This document shows positions 16,792 to 24,821 of a DNA stretch of 32,000 nucleotides, one piece after another; the first letter of the stretch is position 1; every line of letters starts with the position of its first letter. Below the pieces are notes generated by a model that did not search any database, was not told the origin of the DNA, and worked only from the letters and a program-made list of their open reading frames with translations. The position numbers and the translations under genes were made by a program. Source of the stretch: Dickeya solani IPO 2222. Lineage in GTDB: Bacteria > Pseudomonadota > Gammaproteobacteria > Enterobacterales > Enterobacteriaceae. Location: assembly GCF_001644705.1 (NCBI RefSeq), contig NZ_CP015137.1, forward strand, positions 4,590,001-4,622,000, written 5' to 3'.

Positions 16792-17870
16792 GCCGCCACC
16801 GCTTCACGCAAAAACTGCAACGCGCCGGGCTGCAGTGAAAAATAATAGGTTTCCCCTTCCAGCAGCGGCTGATAACCCAGCAGTTGAATACGGTAATGAA
16901 CGCTGTCGGTATCCTGATGGCAACCTTCGATATCCGTCAGGTTGCCGAGAAAAGTCTGGCGTTTAACCCGCAACGAAAAGATATTCTGCCCCAGCGCGGG
17001 CAACGACAGCAGGCAGGCATTTTCCGGCCGCCAGCACAGATAGACCCGTTGGTGAGCCGGCGGCTCGTCCGACGCGACCACGAATTCGCCCAGCGCGGTG
17101 GCGACCCGATACTGCCCGGCATCCCCATCCCGCGCGGTGACCGTGCCTACCATAATGTTGGCGGTGCCAATAAAATCGGCCACAAAGCGGTTGACCGGCC
17201 GGTGATAAATTTCCTGCGGGGTTCCAGACTGAATCACGCTGCCGCCGTGCATCACGATCACCTTGTCGGACATCGCCAGCGCCTCCGCCTGGTCGTGGGT
17301 CACATAAACCGCGGTGAAACCGTGCTTACGCTGCAACGTGCGGATCTGCAACCGCAGTTGTTCACGCAACCGGGCATCCAGATTGGACAGCGGTTCGTCG
17401 AACAGCATCACATCCGGACGCACCGCCATTGAACGCGCCAGCGCCACCCGCTGCTGCTGACCGCCTGATAACTGGGTGGGCAATTTATCCAAATGCCCGG
17501 CCATCGCCACAGTCAGCGCGGTTTCCACCACCCGATGACTCAACGACTCCCGCGGTACTTTGCGTTGCTGTAACCCAAAGGCGATGTTTTCCGATACCGT
17601 CAGGTGGGGAAACAGCGCATAGGACTGAAAGCACATCGCCGTATTGCGTTTTTCCGGCTCCAGGCCGTTCATTTCCCGGCCACCAATGCGGATATGCCCG
17701 CCATCCAGCGGGACAAAACCGGCAATGGCGCGCAGCAGCGTGGTTTTGCCGCACCCGGATGGCCCCAGCAGGGTGACGAACTCACCCTCGTTAACGTCAA
17801 ACGACACCCCTTTAAGGACAGGAACATCGCCGTAAGCCACACTGGCGCGTTCCACTTCCAGTCTACTCAT
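16788..17870 (-). CDS. ABC transporter ATP-binding protein (PotA/UgpC/MalK type with a C-terminal regulatory domain)
   Basis: Walker A GPSGCGKTT, signature LSGGQQQRV, Walker B MLFDEPLS. I prefer the start MSRLEVE at 17870 (GGGAGAG Shine-Dalgarno 7 nt upstream) over the track start at 17894. Confidence 0.9.
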   Translation of the reverse strand: MSRLEVERASVAYGDVPVLKGVSFDVNEGEFVTLLGPSGCGKTTLLRAIAGFVPLDGGHIRIGGREMNGLEPEKRNTAMCFQSYALFPHLTVSENIAFGLQQRKVPRESLSHRVVETALTVAMAGHLDKLPTQLSGGQQQRVALARSMAVRPDVMLFDEPLSNLDARLREQLRLQIRTLQRKHGFTAVYVTHDQAEALAMSDKVIVMHGGSVIQSGTPQEIYHRPVNRFVADFIGTANIMVGTVTARDGDAGQYRVATALGEFVVASDEPPAHQRVYLCWRPENACLLSLPALGQNIFSLRVKRQTFLGNLTDIEGCHQDTDSVHYRIQLLGYQPLLEGETYYFSLQPGALQFLREAVAA

Positions 17871-18230
17871 TACACGCTCTCCCGTGAGTCGCAAGGCATC
17901 ATGTTCAGCAAGGTGAAAACGTCGTTAATTCAATTTATAATGCAGTATGCATAATAATAATGACAGATATGTTGCAAAAGTGTAATCGAAAGAAGATGAC
18001 TTAATTCATTGATATAGTAAGAAATAGATAAAAAGACTCTTCATGCTCGTTATCACCACCTTCATTTCGTGGTTGTATATCAGATATGGTGCAATTATCA
18101 TTCATAATGTTTAATAATTAATGCGGCATGCATTAGCGGCAATACCTTGTTGACGCTGATTTAACTACACGATTTTTTGATATAAAAAGGATCAGCACAT
18201 CATGAACACTCGCTCTGGAGCCGGCGTCTA

Positions 18231-19355
18231 ATGCGGCCAATACTTCACGACAACGAAAGCATCACCGTGAACGAACGTATGGTGCTGGATATTGTCCGCC
18301 GCCACCGTCACATCATGCGCTCGGCGGTTTCCCCGCTGACCAACCTCACCCAACCGTCGGTACACCGAATCATCGACAGCCTGCTGGAACGCGGACTGCT
18401 GCGTCTGGGCGAAAGCATCGTACACGGACGCGGCAAACCCAGCCCGGCGCTGGAACTGGCGCCCGCCGCGCGCTACAGCATCGGCATTTCGGTAAATACC
18501 GATATGCTGGCGTTCTGCCTGTGCGATTTCAGTTGTCAGGTATTGCATGAAGAAACGCTGGATATCCCACTGGATGACCGCACGCGGGCGATGTTTACGC
18601 TGAAGGACCGGGTGCGCAAAGCACTGCAACACTATGCCATTCCCGTGTCGGCCGTCGTGGGTATCGGGTTTGCCATCGCCGGCTATCTAATGGAAGAGAA
18701 GCGGCTGTTCAATGCGCCGGAGCCGCTACGCGACTGGTCACTGGTGGATCTCAAAAGCGAGCTGGAAACCCTGTTCGACCTGGACGTCTGGACGGAGAAT
18801 AATGCCACCACCGGCGCCATCGGCGAATCGGTGCTGGGCGCGGGGTTGCACTATTCCACCTTCGGCTACCTGTCGTTCAATTACGGTTTTGGCGCCGGTC
18901 TTATCCTCAATGGACAACCTTTTTCCGGCGCGTTCGGCAATGCCGGGGAGATCAGCCGCATTTACACCGAGCAGGAATTCACCTCCCGTCCGGCGCTGGG
19001 CGAACTGCTCAAGCGGCTCAATGCGCACGGTATCGATATCCAGCGGGTAAGCGCCCTGCGCCAGCAGTTCGACCCGCAATGGCCGGGTGTCGACGACTGG
19101 GTGGCGGAAGTCAGGCCATACCTGAACCGGGCGATTGACGCGTTGCGGGCGGTGATTGACCCGGCCGCCATCGTGTTTGGCGGCGAATTGCCAACGGCGC
19201 TGGGCGAGATGCTGCTCGACGTACCGCCGACCCAACAGCTACCGCGTTACGGCCTCGCCGCCCAATATCCCCGGCTATTGCTAAGCCAGATCCAGCACGA
19301 CCCGTCGGTGATTGGCGCGGCATTGATGCCGTTCAAAGCGCGTTATTTCGCCTGA
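18231..19355 (+). CDS. ROK-family transcriptional regulator (NagC/Mlc type)
   Basis: 374 aa. There is an N-terminal winged-helix region (NERMVLDIVRRHRHIMRSAVSPLTNLTQPSVHRIIDSLLERGLL). It is followed by a ROK sugar-kinase-like fold (IGISVNTD..., GIGFAIAGY). It is divergent from the ABC operon. Confidence 0.85.
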   Translation: MRPILHDNESITVNERMVLDIVRRHRHIMRSAVSPLTNLTQPSVHRIIDSLLERGLLRLGESIVHGRGKPSPALELAPAARYSIGISVNTDMLAFCLCDFSCQVLHEETLDIPLDDRTRAMFTLKDRVRKALQHYAIPVSAVVGIGFAIAGYLMEEKRLFNAPEPLRDWSLVDLKSELETLFDLDVWTENNATTGAIGESVLGAGLHYSTFGYLSFNYGFGAGLILNGQPFSGAFGNAGEISRIYTEQEFTSRPALGELLKRLNAHGIDIQRVSALRQQFDPQWPGVDDWVAEVRPYLNRAIDALRAVIDPAAIVFGGELPTALGEMLLDVPPTQQLPRYGLAAQYPRLLLSQIQHDPSVIGAALMPFKARYFA

Positions 19356-19372
19356 GGTCCGTTTGGCGTAAC

Positions 19373-19392
19373 TCACCCATCAATCTGGGTGA
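19373..19392. terminator. Hairpin between convergent ROK and LysR genes; possible bidirectional terminator
   Basis: TCACCCA-tcaatc-TGGGTGA, a perfect 7-bp stem in the 47-bp convergent spacer. There is no clear U-tract. Confidence 0.3.
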
Positions 19393-19402
19393 CAATGTCA
19401 CT

Positions 19403-20296
19403 TTAAACTGACGTGGCTGCGGCCGTCAGCAACGTCACCAGGGTGGCGACCTCTGCGTCGCAGGGCTGTTTTTCTTCTTCCACCACCAGATACAACGGCG
19501 TAAAACGCCGCCCGCCCTGCGGCAGCGACAACGGTTTCAGCTCGCCGGAAGCCAGCCAGGGCGCGATACGCGCCTCCGGCATCCAGCCATAACCGACACC
19601 ATGCATGACGGCTTCTATCGCGGCCTCTACCGTGGTGAAAGTCCAGTTTTCAGCGCTGGCCGGCTTACGCAAACTGTCCTTTTGCTGTTGCCGGTCGATG
19701 ATTTCAATCAGCGGATACGCCGCAAGATCCTGAAACGACAACGGCGTGGCTAACCGGTGCAACGGATGTTCAGCCCGGGCGACGGCCACAAATGCCATTT
19801 CCATCAGCAGCCGTCCCCGGTTAATGCCGTCCCACGGTCGGGAAATCAGCCAGATATCCGCCTGACGATCCGCCAGTTGCGCCCGGTTTTCACTACGCAG
19901 CACCTCCATCAGGTGCACCTGCGTATGCGGATGGCGAGACTGAAAGGTGCGTAGCGCGCCAAACAGCGTGGATTTGGGAAAAATGCTGTCCACCACCAGA
20001 TCGATTCTGGCTCGTCCGCCACGCCGCAACACCTCCGCCCGCGACTCCAGCGCCTGAAAGGCGTTTAGCAACGGAATAACCTGCGCCAGCAATTGCTGAC
20101 CCTGCGCCGTCAGCACCGTTCTGCGCCCGGATGGCGCCAACAGCGACACCCCCAACCGTTCCTGCATCAACGACAATTGGTAACTGACCGAAGACTGGCT
20201 ACGGTTGAACGCTTGCGCCGCCGGGGCAAAACCGCCCAGCTCAACCACCGCCTGCAGCAGCGTCCATTGTTCCAGTGTGGTTTTCGTCAACATCAT
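19403..20296 (-). CDS. LysR-family transcriptional regulator
   Basis: 297 aa. The N-terminal helix-turn-helix is FAPAAQAFNRSQSSVSYQLSLMQERLGVSLL. It is divergent from padC. Confidence 0.9.
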   Translation of the reverse strand: MMLTKTTLEQWTLLQAVVELGGFAPAAQAFNRSQSSVSYQLSLMQERLGVSLLAPSGRRTVLTAQGQQLLAQVIPLLNAFQALESRAEVLRRGGRARIDLVVDSIFPKSTLFGALRTFQSRHPHTQVHLMEVLRSENRAQLADRQADIWLISRPWDGINRGRLLMEMAFVAVARAEHPLHRLATPLSFQDLAAYPLIEIIDRQQQKDSLRKPASAENWTFTTVEAAIEAVMHGVGYGWMPEARIAPWLASGELKPLSLPQGGRRFTPLYLVVEEEKQPCDAEVATLVTLLTAAATSV

Positions 20297-20313
20297 GTAC
20301 TTCAGCCCGCCTT

Positions 20314-20352
20314 TGTTTACCGGATTTGTTTAACGAATCTGTTTAACGAATA
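20314..20352. promoter_or_regulatory. Three tandem 13-bp repeats (TGTTTAACGAATC type) containing an LTTR-box-like dyad
   Basis: TGTTTACCGGATT at 20314-20326, TGTTTAACGAATC at 20327-20339 and TGTTTAACGAATA at 20340-20352. ATTTGTTTAACGAAT (20324-20338) is an imperfect dyad (12 of 15 symmetric) with T-N11-A geometry. It lies 18-56 bp upstream of the LysR ATG. Confidence 0.5.
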
Positions 20353-20472
20353 TAGTGTTCGGCTCATCCTCTCAACTCATCTAATTATCGAATTAATTAG
20401 CGCTAAAAACAGCGTTATTCATCAACTTAATCCGCTTTTATACTCCAGCTAAGTCAACAGAAGGAAAACAGT

Positions 20473-20979
20473 ATGAATAGCTTCGACAAACAGGATCTCA
20501 GCGGTTTTGTGGGAAAACATCTGGTCTATACCTACGACAACGGCTGGAATTACGAGATATACGTGAAAAATGACCACACGCTGGATTACCGTATCCACAG
20601 CGGCATCGTGGGCAATCGCTGGGTGAAAGACCAGCAGGTGTTTATCGCCCGCGTCGCCCGCGACGTCTACAAGATCTCCTGGACGGAACCAACCGGCACC
20701 GACGTAAGCCTGATCATCAATCTGGGCGATCGGATTTTCCACGGCACCATTTTCTTCCCCCGCTGGGTGATCAATAACCCGGAAAAAACCGTCTGCTTCC
20801 AGAACGATCACATCCCGCTGATGGAGTCCTACCGTGCGGCAGGCCCGGCCTACCCGACTGAAGTGATTGATGAATTCGCCACCATCACCTTTGTGCGCGA
20901 CTGCGGCGAAAACGATAACAGCGTCATCAATTGCCCGGCCAGCGACCTGCCGGACAATTTCCCGCAGAATCTGCGTTAA
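20473..20979 (+). CDS. padC: Phenolic acid (p-coumarate/ferulate) decarboxylase
   Basis: 168 aa. HLVYTYDNGWNYEIYVKNDHTLDYRIHSGIVGNRWVKDQ...YKISWTEPTGTDVSL...FFPRWV...VCFQNDHI is near-colinear with Bacillus/Lactobacillus PadC as I recall it. AAGGAAA Shine-Dalgarno upstream. Confidence 0.92.
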   Translation: MNSFDKQDLSGFVGKHLVYTYDNGWNYEIYVKNDHTLDYRIHSGIVGNRWVKDQQVFIARVARDVYKISWTEPTGTDVSLIINLGDRIFHGTIFFPRWVINNPEKTVCFQNDHIPLMESYRAAGPAYPTEVIDEFATITFVRDCGENDNSVINCPASDLPDNFPQNLR

Positions 20980-21134
20980 GTCGCCCTACGGCGGCCCGCC
21001 CGGTCCGCCGTTGCTTGTCTCCTGCCGTACCGCATTCACACCACCGTTATGCACCCGCATCGGGCAAAATCAGACTTCATCAACTTGACCTGTAACGCCA
21101 TAAATTAAAGTGGAACGCTATTTTGAAAAATGCA

Positions 21135-21164
21135 AAAATCACCCGTTACGCGTGATTTTCACGC
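21135..21164. promoter_or_regulatory. Two overlapping inverted repeats upstream of the EIIC gene
   Basis: AAAATCAC-N9-GTGATTTT (21135-21159) overlaps GCGTGA-ttt-TCACGC (21150-21164). The region lies 38-67 bp upstream of the ATG at 21202. Confidence 0.3.
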
Positions 21165-21201
21165 TTTACAGAATAACCGTTAACTTTATGGATGAAGAAA
21201 T

Positions 21202-22479
21202 ATGGATATTTTGCTTAGTCTGGTCAAAACCCCTGCGGTGATTATCGCCATCGTGGCGTTTCTCGGGTTGCTGTTTCAGCGCGCACCGCTTTCTCGCCTG
21301 ATTACCGGCACGTTTCTGTCTTTTATCGGTTTCACGATGATCAAAATCGGCGGCGGCATTCTGATGAAAGTGCTGACCGCCTTCAGTTCGCTGTTTTCTC
21401 ACGCCTTCGACATTGTCGGCGTAGTGCCCAGTAATGAAGCCATTATGGCGGCGACCATCGACAAGATTGGCGCGACCGCCGCGCTGATCCTGCTGTTTGC
21501 CATGGTGCTGAATATTCTGTTGGCTCGATTTACCCGGCTGAAATACATCTACCTGTCGCTGCATCTGGTGCTGTTCATGGCCTTTGCCTTCACCGCGGTA
21601 CTGATTCAGCTCAATTACAGCAATACCACCATCATTGTGGTGTCCTCGCTGTTGATCGGCCTTTACATGGCGGCGTCGCCCTATATTCTCAGCCGGTTCA
21701 GCCGCACCATCATCGGTTCCAACGAATACGCCATTTCCCATGCCGCCATCTCGTCCTATGTGCTGGGGTCTTATATGGGAAAATGGTTCGGTAACAAAAA
21801 CAGCGACACCGAGCACCTGACGCTCAGTCAGCGCTTCGACTTTCTCCGCGAACCGAATGTGGCCACGCTGCTGACCATGCTGGTGCTGTTGCTGCTTTCC
21901 TGCCTGTTTGCCACCCGGCCGCAAATCACGGACGCCATGGTGATGGTGTATGGCACTGGCGCAGCGGATAAAAACGTAGTGATTTTTATTCTGGAACAGT
22001 CCGCCACCTTCGCCTGCGGGCTTTATCTGGCCAAGGCTGGCGTGAACCTGTTCACGGCTGAAATCGTGCCGGCGTTCAAGGGTTTCGCTAATGTGTTCGC
22101 CCCTGGCGCCATTCCGGCGGTCGATGTGATGGTGCTATTTACCAAAGCGCCCAACGCGACGCTGATCGGCTTTTTGATCAGTTTCTCGGTGGAACTGGTG
22201 TGCATTCTGCTGTTCCCGCTGGTTGGGCTGCCAATTATCGTGCCCGGCATCATGGCCAGTTTTATCACCGGCGGCGCGGCCGCCATTTTCGGCAATGCTA
22301 CCGGTGGCGTGCGCGGCGCGGTGATCGCCAGCAGTCTCAATGGTCTGCTGCTGTGCGTGCTGCCGGCGCTGACCTTACCGCTGTTTTCGCACCTTGGCGC
22401 ACAAGGCGTCACCTTCGCCGACCCGGATTTCACACTACCGGCGCTGATTCTGGATCGTCTGCTGCGCTGGTTTAACTGA
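21202..22479 (+). CDS. PTS ascorbate-family EIIC membrane component (UlaA/SgaT family), orphan
   Basis: 425 aa, highly hydrophobic. MDILLSLVKTPAVIIAIVAFLGLLFQR...FIGFTMIKIGGGIL resembles the UlaA/SgaT N-terminus as I recall it. No EIIA or EIIB gene is adjacent. Confidence 0.8.
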   Translation: MDILLSLVKTPAVIIAIVAFLGLLFQRAPLSRLITGTFLSFIGFTMIKIGGGILMKVLTAFSSLFSHAFDIVGVVPSNEAIMAATIDKIGATAALILLFAMVLNILLARFTRLKYIYLSLHLVLFMAFAFTAVLIQLNYSNTTIIVVSSLLIGLYMAASPYILSRFSRTIIGSNEYAISHAAISSYVLGSYMGKWFGNKNSDTEHLTLSQRFDFLREPNVATLLTMLVLLLLSCLFATRPQITDAMVMVYGTGAADKNVVIFILEQSATFACGLYLAKAGVNLFTAEIVPAFKGFANVFAPGAIPAVDVMVLFTKAPNATLIGFLISFSVELVCILLFPLVGLPIIVPGIMASFITGGAAAIFGNATGGVRGAVIASSLNGLLLCVLPALTLPLFSHLGAQGVTFADPDFTLPALILDRLLRWFN

Positions 22480-22496
22480 CGTATCGCTCAGTCCAC

Positions 22497-22531
22497 CCCA
22501 AAACCATTCATCCCAAACCATTCATCCCAAA
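22497..22531. repeat. Tandem direct repeat CCCAAA(A)CCATTCAT, about 2.5 copies
   Basis: Full copies at 22497-22511 and 22512-22525, then a partial CCCAAAAAAA. It sits just upstream of the terminator hairpin. Confidence 0.8.
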
Positions 22532-22565
22532 AAAACGGCAGGCCATCAGGGCCTGCCGTTGTTCT
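22528..22565. terminator. Bidirectional rho-independent terminator between the EIIC gene and the MCP gene
   Basis: A7 run, then CGGCAGGCC-atcag-GGCCTGCCG, then a TTGTT tract. The geometry suits both convergent genes. Confidence 0.8.
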
Positions 22566-22586
22566 CTGTGAGACCGAAACGCCGGC

Positions 22587-24584
22587 TCAGAACGTCGTCC
22601 AGTTATCCGTTGACGAACCGGCTGAACGGCCGGCAGGCAACGCGGCGGTACGGGCGCCGTTATCCGCCATTCGCGCGCTGCTATCCATCATTCGCGCGCT
22701 GCTATCCGTCATGCGCGGGCGTAAAAGCGCCGGGGCGTGGCCGGATAGCGCCGGTTCATCCTGTGGCGACAGGCGGAATACCGATACCAGCCGCGACAGC
22801 TTCGCCGCCTCATCCTCCAGCGAATTCGACGCGGCGGACGATTCATGCACCATTGAGGCGTTCTGCTGAATGGTAGTGTCCATTTCCGATACCGCCGCGC
22901 CTATTTGCGCAATGCCACGGCTCTGTTCATCCGACGCCGAGGCGATTTCGCCCATGATGTCGTGTACCCGCTTAACGGATGCCATGATGTCATCCATCGC
23001 GCTCCCCGCATCCGACACCAGCACCGTCCCGGTATTTACCCGGGTCACCGATTCTGAAATCAGCCCTTCAATCTCTTTGGCCGCCTGGGAACTGCGCTGC
23101 GCCAGATTGCGCACCTCGCCGGCCACCACCGCGAAACCGCGCCCCTGTTCCCCTGCGCGCGCCGCTTCCACCGCGGCATTCAGCGCCAGAATATTGGTCT
23201 GGAACGCAATGCTGTTGATGACGGTGGTAATATCGGAAATCTTTTTCGAACTGCCGGAAATGTCATCCATGGTCTGGATCACCTTGTGGATGATCTCACC
23301 GCCCCGATTGGCGTTACCGGAAGCCTGCTCGGAAATCTGGCTGGCATGGCGGGCATTGTCGGCATTGTTTTTCACCGTAGCGGTTAACTGCTCCATGCTG
23401 GCGGCGGTTTCCACGATCGCCGACGATTGCTGCTCAGTACGCGAAGAGAGGTCGTTGTTGCCAGCAGCGATATCCGAAGAAGCTTTCGCCACACTGTAGA
23501 CGCTGTGCCGAATATCGGCGATCAGCTGGCGCAATTTTTCAGTCATCGACATCATCGCCAGCGTCAATTGCCCCAGCTCATCATGGCGCTCCACCACCAC
23601 GCTGGCCGACAGGTCGCCGCCGGCGATCTTCTCCGCCAGTTTCAGGTTGGCGATCACCGGCCGGGTAATCTGGCGGGTGACCGACCAGGCAATGAATAGC
23701 CCCAGCACCGCGGCGGCAATACCGGAAATAACCGTCTGGAATACCGAGTTATTGATAATATCGTTGTTACGGGCACCGATTTTTTTGAGAATCCCATCGA
23801 TGTCGTTAATCAGCTTGTCCCCGGTCGCTCTAAGCGCGGAATCGGTCGTTCTCAGTTGATTAACCTTGTCGTTATATTTCACGCCGCTCTGGTTATAGCG
23901 CTCAATTCGGTTACCGAGTTCGCTGACGCTATTTTTAGCCTCTGCAGGGAGCAATCCATTCAGGCTGTCGAAAGATTTTTTCGCCTGATCATAAACGCCC
24001 TGCATCGATTTAAATGCCGCCTCGCTGCCCTCTTTTTGCAGCAAATGCACTTTGTCCACCAACTGTGCGTAGAGCACGGAGGTCTGATGGTACTGACGTA
24101 ACAGATTGATATCGGTTGAGCTGGCGTAAAGCGTATCGCTCAGGGCTTCTTTCTGGTCAAGCGCTGCGATCTCTTTAGTGACATCGTTCATACCGTCAAC
24201 ACTGTTTTTGACACGATCGATATTTTTGGCGTATTCCGTAAAGTCCTGCGCTACATTGCTGAAATCGCCCTGATACGTCGCATCCCAACGCAGCGCGTTG
24301 GCCTTTTCATTTAGCTGACGGGCCTGTTCAAGGTATTTATTCAGGTTGTTGAGGTTGTCATTATTGAGCGTATACGTGAATTTGATCCGGGCAATTCGGG
24401 TAAGATCAATGAAGTTTCCCATTTCATTCATGATCGAGCTTTTAACATACAAATCCTGAATCATGAAAAAACGAACCGAGCTGAAGGCCGACGCCAGAAT
24501 AACCAGCAGCAGCACAAGGCCAAATCCGCCATACATCTTGTGCGAGATCTTTAAATTTCGCACATAATTCCCAAACACACTCAT
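22587..24584 (-). CDS. Methyl-accepting chemotaxis protein: two transmembrane segments, ~240-aa helical periplasmic sensor, HAMP domain, C-terminal NWTTF pentapeptide
   Basis: I take the start as [31 protein letters not shown] at 24584, with GGAG/AAGG upstream. It has the conserved hairpin [30 protein letters not shown] and ends in NWTTF. The track ORF extends to 24698 with an implausible Cys/His-rich leader. Confidence 0.92.
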   Translation of the reverse strand: MSVFGNYVRNLKISHKMYGGFGLVLLLVILASAFSSVRFFMIQDLYVKSSIMNEMGNFIDLTRIARIKFTYTLNNDNLNNLNKYLEQARQLNEKANALRWDATYQGDFSNVAQDFTEYAKNIDRVKNSVDGMNDVTKEIAALDQKEALSDTLYASSTDINLLRQYHQTSVLYAQLVDKVHLLQKEGSEAAFKSMQGVYDQAKKSFDSLNGLLPAEAKNSVSELGNRIERYNQSGVKYNDKVNQLRTTDSALRATGDKLINDIDGILKKIGARNNDIINNSVFQTVISGIAAAVLGLFIAWSVTRQITRPVIANLKLAEKIAGGDLSASVVVERHDELGQLTLAMMSMTEKLRQLIADIRHSVYSVAKASSDIAAGNNDLSSRTEQQSSAIVETAASMEQLTATVKNNADNARHASQISEQASGNANRGGEIIHKVIQTMDDISGSSKKISDITTVINSIAFQTNILALNAAVEAARAGEQGRGFAVVAGEVRNLAQRSSQAAKEIEGLISESVTRVNTGTVLVSDAGSAMDDIMASVKRVHDIMGEIASASDEQSRGIAQIGAAVSEMDTTIQQNASMVHESSAASNSLEDEAAKLSRLVSVFRLSPQDEPALSGHAPALLRPRMTDSSARMMDSSARMADNGARTAALPAGRSAGSSTDNWTTF
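22650..22712 (-). repeat. In-frame 21-bp tandem repeat inside the MCP C-terminal tether
   Basis: On the plus strand, 22671-22691 (TCGCGCGCTGCTATCCATCAT) and 22692-22712 (TCGCGCGCTGCTATCCGTCAT) match at 20 of 21 positions. 22650-22670 is a degenerate third copy. The repeat encodes [21 protein letters not shown]. Confidence 0.85.
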
Positions 24585-24640
24585 CCTTGCTTCTCCGACT
24601 GGGTGGAATGCGCCGTGACAAAGGCGACAGATATTTTTAC

Positions 24641-24667
24641 TTATCGGAAGAAAATGGTGTTTTTTTA
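24641..24667 (-). promoter_or_regulatory. Candidate sigma-28 (FliA) promoter for the MCP gene
   Basis: The minus strand reads TAAAAAAA-N11-TCCGATAA against the consensus TAAAGTTT-N11-GCCGATAA. The -10 element matches 7 of 8 positions. It lies about 57 nt upstream of the ATG. Confidence 0.45.
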
Positions 24668-24676
24668 GCAAAACAG

Positions 24677-24692
24677 CGTGATGAAAGTCACA
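24677..24692. promoter_or_regulatory. Candidate CRP-binding site
   Basis: CGTGA-tgaaag-TCACA with a right flank of TTT. It matches 9 of 10 positions of the TGTGA-N6-TCACA core. It lies upstream of the MCP promoter region. Confidence 0.35.
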
Positions 24693-24767
24693 TTTCATGC
24701 AAAATAATGCTTTATTACAATCAAGATTGATTAGTTATCATCATCAAACGGCATTGTATTCGATCAC

Positions 24768-24796
24768 AAAAAAAGCCCCTGCCGGAAGGCAAGGGC
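24768..24796 (-). terminator. Rho-independent terminator of the exported hypothetical gene
   Basis: The minus strand reads GCCCTTGCC-ttcc-GGCAGGGGC followed by T7, about 25 nt after the stop at 24822. Confidence 0.8.
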
Positions 24797-24821
24797 TAAG
24801 TCATTGGGCAAAGAAATAGGA

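Noticed and set aside
15065-17894. Longer N-termini offered by the ORF track for the binding protein (start at 15097) and the ABC ATPase (start at 17894).
   Set aside because: Internal ATGs at 15064 and 17870 have good Shine-Dalgarno sequences. They give a canonical signal peptide and a canonical ATPase N-terminus respectively. The longer forms remain possible alternatives.
21135-21159. AAAATCAC-N9-GTGATTTT considered as a CRP site.
   Set aside because: The arm orientation is inverted relative to the CRP consensus (TCAC...GTGA instead of GTGA...TCAC), and the spacing is wrong.
21166-21924. A 252-codon minus-strand ORF opposite the EIIC gene.
   Set aside because: It is a His/Gln/Gly/Arg-rich low-complexity translation, antisense to a clearly membrane-protein-coding frame.
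24585-24698. A 38-codon N-terminal extension of the MCP ORF ([38 protein letters not shown]).
   Set aside because: It would cover the predicted promoter. It has no ribosome-binding site, whereas the internal ATG at 24584 has one and is followed by a normal short cytoplasmic N-terminus and the first transmembrane segment.
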